A DNA stretch of 46,874 nt, taken from contig JAZKGN010000106.1 in the NCBI GenBank assembly GCA_040385945.1, positions 1 to 46,874 on the forward strand, in the 5' to 3' direction. This DNA is from Bacteroidota bacterium (GTDB lineage: Bacteria > Bacteroidota > Bacteroidia > Flavobacteriales > Flavobacteriaceae). Shown here one piece after another: positions 1-7,281 of this stretch; position 1 is the stretch's first letter, and every line of letters starts with the position of its first letter. The notes under the pieces were generated by a model. The model made no database searches. It was not told where the DNA came from and was given only the letters and a program-made list of their open reading frames with translations. The position numbers were made by a program, and so were the translations under genes.

Positions 1-1489
1 CGTTTGGTTTAGACGTTCCCCAAACTACTTCAGACAAAGCTGCCATTCGAGGCATCGCCATATACTCTACTTCTTGTGGTGTGTTGATGTACTCTGTCCA
101 TACATTACCTTGTGCTCCTAAAATGTATTTTCCTTCTTCTGCTGTCAATTCAGTTGGAATCGGATTGAACGAGTATACTTTTTCTACTGTAGTGTATCCA
201 CCAAAAGCTAATGGTTCGTGTTTTGGATCGCCTTGATAATGGTCAAAATAACAATGAGAACCTGGACTCATTACTACATCGTGATTTTCTTTCGCAGCAG
301 CTATGCCGCCTTCGGTTCCTCGCCAACTCATTACGGTCGCATTTGGCGCCAAACCACCTTCGAGAATTTCGTCCCAACCAATTAGTTTCTTACCGTTGGC
401 GTTTAGAAATTGATCCATACGAGTAATAAAATAACTTTGGATTTGGTTTTCGTCTGTCAATCCTTCTCGCTGCATTAAAGCTTTACAATTGGGACACGTT
501 TTCCATCGCACTTTACTGCATTCGTCGCCACCAATATGAATGTATTCTGATGGGAATAATGCCATCACCTCATCTAAAATTTCTTGCAAAAAACGAAATG
601 TTTCTTCTTTTGGACAAAACACATCGTCATATCCGCCCCATTGTGTTCCCACATCAAACGGTCCGCCAGTACATGAAAACTCGGGATATGCAGCCAAAGC
701 AGCCAAAGCATGTCCAGGCATTTCAATTTCTGGAATAACAGTTACGTGACGTTGTTGTGCATAAGCAACCACTTCTTTTATTTCATCTTGAGTATAAAAA
801 CCTCTGTGGACTTTATCATCAAAACGGTGTTCGCTATAATGTCCAGTCATCGATTTAAATCGTATGGAACCCAGTTGTGTTAATCGTGGATATTGCAAAA
901 TTTCGATACGCCAACCTTGATCATCGGTCAAGTGCCAATGAAAGGTATTCATTTTATACATGGCAATGTAATCGATGTATTTTTTAACGAAATCGACTGA
1001 GAAAAAATGACGACTGACGTCAAGATGCATGCCACGCCATTTGAATTTTGGTTCGTCTTTGATAGTAAGACACGGAACTTCTGCATCTTTAAATTTATTC
1101 GCGGGAAGCAATTGTATTAACGTTTGAAAGGCATAAAAAACACCCCTATTGCCTACAGCTTTGATACTGATTTGTTTTGGAGTTATGGTTAATTCGTATT
1201 TTTCTGAAGTAGTGTTAGCCGCATCATCAACATAAATAGCAATGCTGTTTTCAACACTTTTTGACTTGGTTTGCGATTTTAATTCGTAGCCGTACTTATC
1301 TAATAAAAAAGTATTAAATAAAGTAATCTCATTATTATCGACTTTGTTAACTACAAAAAAAGTAGCTTCATTAATAACAAAGCTTCCCGATTCGAGTTGG
1401 ATTTCTTTGGGTTGCGGAATAAGTGGTAGTGTAGTTTGTGTGTATCCTATAGTTGTAATCAGTAGCAATAAGAAGAAAGCTTTTTTCAT
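1..1489 (-). CDS. Beta-N-acetylhexosaminidase, GH20 (3' end runs off the window)
   Basis: Absent from the ORF track because no stop lies in the window. Reading the minus strand from ATG at 1489 gives MKKAFFLLLLITTIGYTQTTLPLIPQPK (signal peptide), then DEPKFKWRGMHLDVSRHFF, FHWHLTDDQGWRIEI, PEIEMPGHA and catalytic HIGGDEC, all GH20 motifs. Confidence 0.93.
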   Translation of the reverse strand, partial: MKKAFFLLLLITTIGYTQTTLPLIPQPKEIQLESGSFVINEATFFVVNKVDNNEITLFNTFLLDKYGYELKSQTKSKSVENSIAIYVDDAANTTSEKYELTITPKQISIKAVGNRGVFYAFQTLIQLLPANKFKDAEVPCLTIKDEPKFKWRGMHLDVSRHFFSVDFVKKYIDYIAMYKMNTFHWHLTDDQGWRIEILQYPRLTQLGSIRFKSMTGHYSEHRFDDKVHRGFYTQDEIKEVVAYAQQRHVTVIPEIEMPGHALAALAAYPEFSCTGGPFDVGTQWGGYDDVFCPKEETFRFLQEILDEVMALFPSEYIHIGGDECSKVRWKTCPNCKALMQREGLTDENQIQSYFITRMDQFLNANGKKLIGWDEILEGGLAPNATVMSWRGTEGGIAAAKENHDVVMSPGSHCYFDHYQGDPKHEPLAFGGYTTVEKVYSFNPIPTELTAEEGKYILGAQGNVWTEYINTPQEVEYMAMPRMAALSEVVWGTSKPN

Positions 1490-1557
1490 TGGTTTTATTT
1501 TTTATAAAAATAATGAAAAAGTTCAAACTATTACCTCAACTAGAAAGCAATACGAAT

Positions 1558-3234
1558 TTATTTTTTAATGATTCTTTTGACGATTTTCTGTCCTTGTTCA
1601 TTTTGTACCTCAAGAAAGTATAGTCCTGCTGAAAAATCTGTAAATGAAATCGAATTGGTTGTTGGATTAAGTTTACCGATTGCTATTTTCTTTCCTATCC
1701 CATCAACTAAAGAATAGCTATAATTTCCATCTATTTCAGAAAAATACAATACATCTTCAACTGGATTTGGTGCTGCTTCAAAATTAGCATCTGTAAAGGT
1801 TGCTGCACTAAGAGGCACATAAAGTAACTTGGCAATAAAAACATTATTGGTTGCATTGACATTGTTCAATGTGAGCCCTCCGAAAGTAACAGCAGCGCTG
1901 TAGAAAAATCCTGCAATATAAATTTCATTCTCATTTTTACACTTAATAGAAAGTCGGCTATTGGCATCTAATGATCCTGCATTTCTAATCCAAAGTGGCG
2001 TACCTGAACTGTTGTATTTTACCACAAACAAACCTCCGTTACCTGTGCTGGTTGCAACAATTCCATTTCCAAAATTAATGGTATTAGGTGAAAAAGTTCC
2101 TGTGACATAAAGATTTCCTGAACTGTCTACGTCGGACGAGTCGATATTACTGTACGATGATCCTGAAGTACTTGCTGTTTTCGCCCATTGTGCAACGCCA
2201 CTGCTATTGTACTTAACTGTAAACAATTTACTTCCTGAACTCGATGCCATTACGCTTACAGCATCAAAAGTCATTGTTCCTCTGAAACCTCCTGAAAAAT
2301 AAGCATTTCCAGACGCATCTGTACTTACTGTATTGATGTAATTGTTAGGAGAAGGAGCAGTTGGTACTTTTGCCCATAAAGCATTTCCAGAGGCATCATA
2401 TTTTACCATAAAAATAGTATGTAATGGTGCTTCTGGGTTGCTTATGGTTATGGCATCGAATTGCATCGTTGTTGTACTAAAACTTCCGCCAACAAATATG
2501 TTGCCGCTACTGTCAACCGACAAATCTTGCATATTATTTGGATAGGGAGAAGCTCCTGTTCTTTGCGCTCCTTTTGCCCAAAGTACGTTCCCGTTTGTGT
2601 CATACTTTGTGATAAAAGAGGTGCCACCATCATTCACATCGTAATTGACATTGGTTAAGACAACACTTCCGAAAGTAACTGTTGGTGTGCGATAATTTCC
2701 AACCATATACACATTTCCAGAAGCATCTGTTTTGATTTTATTGGCATAGCAGTTGTCTGAAATACTTCCTGTTGTTTTTGACCAAATAACATTTCCAGAG
2801 CTATCGTATTTTGTCAAAAAGATTCCTGCAGTAGAATGATTTAATGTAGTTGTTCCGAAGGTAATTTGCGTTACAAAAGTTCCTGAAAGATAAAAATTAC
2901 CATTCAAATCGGTCGTGATGGAAGAAACAAGATCCATTTTTAAACCCCCTTCTTTTTTTACCCATAAAATGGTTCCTAAGCTGTTGTATTTAATAATGTA
3001 AATTTCACTCGTATTGGCATCACCTGTATTGGTTAAAGTATGTGTTCCAATCGTTATAGAAGAAGATGAAAAATTACCAATCAAATAGACATCGCCATTA
3101 GGTGCGGTTGTCGTTATTCCTCTGGTATCATTGTTTAAGGATTCGTAATTGTATCCCCAGTTCCAATTCGGAATTTGTGACCAGCTTAAAAGTGAACTAA
3201 GAAATATCAGTAAGAGTAAAGTAAATTTTTTCAT
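1558..3234 (-). CDS. T9SS type A cargo protein with ~60-aa beta-propeller (SBBP-like) repeats
   Basis: Signal peptide ending WS|Q. About 7 repeats of D.sGNvYv.G.F...f+.KYdssG...Wak. C-terminal PNPVED...GLYFLEV...KRIIKK matches a T9SS CTD. Confidence 0.85.
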   Translation of the reverse strand: MKKFTLLLLIFLSSLLSWSQIPNWNWGYNYESLNNDTRGITTTAPNGDVYLIGNFSSSSITIGTHTLTNTGDANTSEIYIIKYNSLGTILWVKKEGGLKMDLVSSITTDLNGNFYLSGTFVTQITFGTTTLNHSTAGIFLTKYDSSGNVIWSKTTGSISDNCYANKIKTDASGNVYMVGNYRTPTVTFGSVVLTNVNYDVNDGGTSFITKYDTNGNVLWAKGAQRTGASPYPNNMQDLSVDSSGNIFVGGSFSTTTMQFDAITISNPEAPLHTIFMVKYDASGNALWAKVPTAPSPNNYINTVSTDASGNAYFSGGFRGTMTFDAVSVMASSSGSKLFTVKYNSSGVAQWAKTASTSGSSYSNIDSSDVDSSGNLYVTGTFSPNTINFGNGIVATSTGNGGLFVVKYNSSGTPLWIRNAGSLDANSRLSIKCKNENEIYIAGFFYSAAVTFGGLTLNNVNATNNVFIAKLLYVPLSAATFTDANFEAAPNPVEDVLYFSEIDGNYSYSLVDGIGKKIAIGKLNPTTNSISFTDFSAGLYFLEVQNEQGQKIVKRIIKK

Positions 3235-3312
3235 AAGCCTAACTTGTTTAAAAACAATGTTATAAATGTAAATAAAAAAATAGTTCCATGCAATTCTTCA
3301 TTTATTATAAAT

Positions 3313-3344
3313 AAAAATGCCCTCCAAATTGGAAGGCATTTTTT
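3313..3344 (-). terminator. Intrinsic terminator downstream of hppA
   Basis: Hairpin AAAAATGCCcTCCAA-a-TTGGAaGGCATTTTT flanked by A/T tracts. Confidence 0.75.
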
Positions 3345-3365
3345 ATATTGAAAAAAGTTGCTTTA

Positions 3366-5933
3366 TTATTTTAAAGCATCCACTTTTGCTTTTACTTCAG
3401 CTTCAGTACCCTCAAAAGTTTGTGTTGCCGATTGACCATCAACCGTAGTTGTTACAGTAGCTTTTGCTTTTCCGTTGGTATTTGTGATTTCAACTCTAAC
3501 ATCTTTGCTAGCCGTTGTTGTCATTTCTTTTCTCGCACAACAATCTTTTTTATCAGCGATGAATTTTCCATCAGCATCGTAGTGAGAAAGACAAGCTTCT
3601 TTTTGCGCTGGTGTACATTGTAAAGAATCGCACATTTTTGCACACTCTTCTTTAGTCATTGTAGCACATTTACTCATGTCGCATTTGCCCATATCTTTGC
3701 ACTCTTTTTTCATTTCGATAGTGCATTCCATTTTCTTGTTTGCACCACCTTCAGCATGACCGCTTCCTAAAATTGGAGCGATTACCAATCCGATAAGACA
3801 TGTCAATTTGATTAAGATGTTCATCGATGGACCAGAAGTATCTTTAAATGGATCTCCAACAGTATCTCCAGTTACCGCTGCTTTGTGAGCATCAGAACCT
3901 TTGTATGTCATTTCACCATTAATCATAACTCCAGCCTCGAACGATTTCTTAGCGTTATCCCAAGCACCACCAGCATTGTTTTGGAACACAGCCCAAAGTA
4001 CACCTGATACTGTAACTCCAGCCATATAACCACCTAACATTTCAGCGATTAATTGGTTGTTATCTCCGTATACTAATTTACCTAATAATACAATTGCAAT
4101 TGGGAAACCAATAGTCAAAATTCCTGGCAACATCATTTCACGTAACGCTGCTTTTGTAGAAATCTCAACACATTTACCGTATTCTGGTTTACCAGTTCCT
4201 TCCATGATTCCTGGAATTTCTTTGAACTGACGACGTACTTCATACACCATGTCCATAGCAGCTTTACCAACAGAGTTCATTGCTAATGCAGAGAAAACAA
4301 CTGGAATCATTCCACCTACAAATAACATAGCCAATACTGGCGCTTTGAATATATTAATACCGTCAATTCCAGTAAAAGTTACATACGCAGCAAATAATGC
4401 CAATGATGTTAACGCTGCAGAAGCGATAGCAAAACCTTTTCCAGTTGCAGCCGTTGTGTTACCAACTGAATCCAAAATGTCTGTACGCGTACGCACTTCT
4501 TTTGGTAATTCACTCATTTCAGCAATTCCTCCAGCGTTATCCGAAATTGGTCCGAAAGCATCAATTGCTAATTGCATAGCCGTTGTAGCCATCATTGCAG
4601 AAGCAGCCAAGGCTACTCCGTAAAATCCTGCGAAAGCATACGATGCCCAGATAGCACCAGCAAACAATAAAACTGTTGGAAAAGTAGAAATCATACCAGT
4701 TGCTAAACCAGCGATTACGTTAGTTCCTGCTCCAGTTGACGATTTTTGTACGATAGCCATAACTGGTTTTGTACCTAATCCTGTGTAGTATTCGGTTACC
4801 GATGAAATAGCTCCACCTACAATTAATCCGACGATAGTTGCATAGAAAACTCTCATAGAAGAGATTTCTTTCAATCCTTCACCGTAGAATTCCATTTGCA
4901 TCATTTCTGGCAACATGAATTTTACCAATCCGAAACAAGCGATAGCTGTTAATACGATAGAAACCCAGTTTCCAATGTTTAATGCACCTTGTACTTGTTT
5001 TTCTTTAGCATCATCACTTGATATTTTTACTAACATCGTTCCGATGATAGAGAATAAGATTCCGAAACCTGCAATTGCCATTGGCAATAAAATTGGACCG
5101 ATTCCGCCAAAAGCGTCTTCGATTTTTCCGCCCATATCTTTAATTACGTAGTTACCTAAAACCATCGCAGCTAAAACGGTTGCTACATACGAACCGAATA
5201 AATCGGCACCCATTCCGGCAACGTCACCTACGTTATCTCCAACGTTATCAGCAATTGTAGCTGGATTACGTGGATCATCTTCTGGAATACCAGCTTCTAC
5301 TTTACCTACTAAATCAGCTCCAACATCGGCAGCTTTTGTATAAATTCCACCACCAACTCTTGCGAATAAAGCGATAGATTCTGCTCCAAGAGAGAAACCA
5401 GCCAATGTTTCTAAAACTACAGTCATGTCTTCTGTTGAAGTCCATGTCCCATTCATAAAAAATTGGAATAATATAATGAAGAAACCTGTCAAACCTAAAA
5501 CGGCCAAACCAGCAACTCCTAATCCCATTACTGTTCCACCACCAAAAGAAACTTTTAAAGCTTGTGGCAAACTAGTACGAGCAGCTTGAGTTGTACGAAC
5601 GTTGGTTTTGGTTGCGATTTTCATTCCCATATTTCCAGCCAAAGCTGAAAAGAATGCTCCGCAAATAAAGGCGATTACTATTAACAAATGCGTTTTAACT
5701 CCAGGTATAAAAGTAATTCCTGCTAATACAATACTTGCTATAAGTACGAATACTGCTAACAATCGGTATTCTGCTTTTAGGAACGCCAAGGCACCTTCGT
5801 AGATGTAATCTGAAATTTCTTTCATCTTCCCATCACCAGCATCTTGTTTTAACACCCAAGATCGTTTGATTGCCATAAAAGCCAATCCTATTAACGCCAT
5901 AACTATTGGCACATAAATCATCATTGATTCCAT
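3366..5933 (-). CDS. hppA: Membrane-integral K+-dependent pyrophosphatase (predicted H+-pumping, Flavobacterium type) with Cys-rich C-terminal extension
   Basis: Motifs RVGGGIYTKAADVGADLVGKVE, DNVGDNVGD, GNTTAA (Ala marks K+ dependence) and GDTVGDPFKDTSGP. Start moved to MESMMIY at 5933, downstream of the -7 box at 5970-5977. Confidence 0.95.
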   Translation of the reverse strand: MESMMIYVPIVMALIGLAFMAIKRSWVLKQDAGDGKMKEISDYIYEGALAFLKAEYRLLAVFVLIASIVLAGITFIPGVKTHLLIVIAFICGAFFSALAGNMGMKIATKTNVRTTQAARTSLPQALKVSFGGGTVMGLGVAGLAVLGLTGFFIILFQFFMNGTWTSTEDMTVVLETLAGFSLGAESIALFARVGGGIYTKAADVGADLVGKVEAGIPEDDPRNPATIADNVGDNVGDVAGMGADLFGSYVATVLAAMVLGNYVIKDMGGKIEDAFGGIGPILLPMAIAGFGILFSIIGTMLVKISSDDAKEKQVQGALNIGNWVSIVLTAIACFGLVKFMLPEMMQMEFYGEGLKEISSMRVFYATIVGLIVGGAISSVTEYYTGLGTKPVMAIVQKSSTGAGTNVIAGLATGMISTFPTVLLFAGAIWASYAFAGFYGVALAASAMMATTAMQLAIDAFGPISDNAGGIAEMSELPKEVRTRTDILDSVGNTTAATGKGFAIASAALTSLALFAAYVTFTGIDGINIFKAPVLAMLFVGGMIPVVFSALAMNSVGKAAMDMVYEVRRQFKEIPGIMEGTGKPEYGKCVEISTKAALREMMLPGILTIGFPIAIVLLGKLVYGDNNQLIAEMLGGYMAGVTVSGVLWAVFQNNAGGAWDNAKKSFEAGVMINGEMTYKGSDAHKAAVTGDTVGDPFKDTSGPSMNILIKLTCLIGLVIAPILGSGHAEGGANKKMECTIEMKKECKDMGKCDMSKCATMTKEECAKMCDSLQCTPAQKEACLSHYDADGKFIADKKDCCARKEMTTTASKDVRVEITNTNGKAKATVTTTVDGQSATQTFEGTEAEVKAKVDALK

Positions 5934-5969
5934 AAATATATAAATGTTTGTTATAAATTTTATCGGGTG

Positions 5970-5977
5970 CAAAAATA
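5970..5977 (-). promoter_or_regulatory. Bacteroidota housekeeping sigma -7 box for hppA
   Basis: Plus-strand CAAAAATA is TATTTTTG on the minus strand (TAnnTTTG), about 36 bp upstream of the ATG. Confidence 0.6.
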
Positions 5978-6092
5978 ACAAAATTTTAAGAAAGAAAGCA
6001 ACTTATACAGAAAATCTGTTATAGAGTGGAATTATATCTTTTTAAATTTTCAAATGAGCTGATTTTTTAATGGATGCTATTTCTAAATTGTG

Positions 6093-6100
6093 TAATTTTG
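6093..6100 (+). promoter_or_regulatory. -7 box for doxX-family gene
   Basis: TAATTTTG 38 bp upstream of ATG 6139. Confidence 0.55.
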
Positions 6101-6138
6101 AGTAACTCAATTTCTTAAACCAACTTAAAAACCAAACT

Positions 6139-6588
6139 ATGTCTAAATTATTTTCTTTTTCTGCGAATCCAATCAACAAAGACTTTGGATTGTTATGTAT
6201 CCGATTGATAATCGGTTTGTTAATGGCTTTTATTGGCTATCAAAAACTGATTCATTTTAACGAAATGGTTGTTGATGATTTTTGGGCTAAAAACGTTTCT
6301 TTCCTAGGAATGTCGGGTGCTGTTCCGTTATCGCTAACCATTTTTGCCGAGTTCTTTTGTAGTGTTTTTTTAATTCTAGGATTGTTCTCTCGCTTTAGTT
6401 TGTTTGTATTGGCGTTTTGTATGGCGTATATTTTTCTGGTTATTTTTCCGGGTTCGATACTTGAGAACGGCGAGCATGGCTATAAATTTAATGATGCTTT
6501 TGTATATTTCACCATTTATGTAGGATTGCTTTTTACTGGTGTTGGAAAATACAGTTTGGATCAAAAATTCTTTACTAAAAACGGTTAA
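6139..6588 (+). CDS. DoxX family membrane protein
   Basis: Four hydrophobic segments; GLLCIRLIIG..GYQKL, AEFFCS..LILGLFSR and TGVGKYSLD follow the DoxX pattern. Confidence 0.85.
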   Translation: MSKLFSFSANPINKDFGLLCIRLIIGLLMAFIGYQKLIHFNEMVVDDFWAKNVSFLGMSGAVPLSLTIFAEFFCSVFLILGLFSRFSLFVLAFCMAYIFLVIFPGSILENGEHGYKFNDAFVYFTIYVGLLFTGVGKYSLDQKFFTKNG

Positions 6589-7178
6589 ATCTTTTTGCGC
6601 TTTGTAAGATAATGATGCCACAAAATATAGGAAGCCATCGTTCGATAAGGTTTCCAATTCTCGGAAAGTACGAGCATTTGTTCGGGTGAATGGTGTTCGT
6701 ACAATTCGATTATTGTGTTTTTAATAGCGATATCTCCAAGCGGAATAATGTCTTGACTTTGAAGGCAAAACATTAAATACACTTCAATACTCCAATTGCC
6801 TACACCTTTTATAGTGATGAGTTCGGCTCTAATTTGCGCTTCGGATATGGATGAATACGTAGTAAAATCAATTTCGCCCGAAAGCACTTTAGACGCTAAA
6901 TCTTTTAGGTATGTGGTTTTTTGACGCGAAACTCCACAGCTTCTTAGTGCTTCATCCTTACAATTTAAAATGATTTCAGGTGTAATGTTGCCAAACAAGG
7001 TTGCGATTTTATCGTAACACGCTTTTGCGGAAGCAATCGAAACTTGTTGTTCTAAAATAATATGACACATCGATGCAAAACCTTCGTCGCGCTTTTGGAT
7101 AACGGGATGACCAAAATTTTCAATAATGGACTTTAGCTTTTCGTCTTTGATGGATAAGTAATCGATGGCGTGTTGCAT
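6585..7178 (-). CDS. DNA-3-methyladenine glycosylase (AlkA / HhH-GPD family)
   Basis: IILEQQVSIASA, HhH motif LITIKGVGNWS, PLGDIAI and WKPYRT. Start moved to MQHAIDY; the longer ORF merely reads through the intergenic repeat. Confidence 0.9.
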   Translation of the reverse strand: MQHAIDYLSIKDEKLKSIIENFGHPVIQKRDEGFASMCHIILEQQVSIASAKACYDKIATLFGNITPEIILNCKDEALRSCGVSRQKTTYLKDLASKVLSGEIDFTTYSSISEAQIRAELITIKGVGNWSIEVYLMFCLQSQDIIPLGDIAIKNTIIELYEHHSPEQMLVLSENWKPYRTMASYILWHHYLTKRKKI

Positions 7179-7189
7179 AAAATAAAGTA

Positions 7190-7281
7190 TAGCCCAGATA
7201 GCAGTGGAAATCCTTGTTATTGTGAGATTGCTTCGCAAGCTCGCAATGACAAGATTGCAACGAATAGCTGGAAATAGCTTC
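7190..7281 (+). repeat. TAGCCC...GCWGG intergenic palindromic element, copy A, with nested GTCATTGCGAG REP-like hairpin
   Basis: TAGCCCAGATAGCAGTGGAAATC-CTTGTTATTGTGAG...CTCGCAATGACAAG-ATTGCAACGAATAGCTGGAAATAGCTTC; its ends match elements at 13051-13106 and 36325-36466. Confidence 0.75.

Noticed and set aside
211-1568. Short plus-strand ORFs (211, 540, 550, 1344)
   Set aside because: They are antisense shadows of the minus-strand GH20 gene that the ORF track missed.
6585-6588. Convergent stop-codon overlap doxX/alkA (and abutting stops at 44592-44597)
   Set aside because: Common in compact AT-rich genomes; no evidence of function.
7179-7238. N-terminal extension MRSNLTITRIST... of the glycosylase
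   Set aside because: It is a reading of the intergenic repeat; the family-like sequence starts at MQHAIDY.
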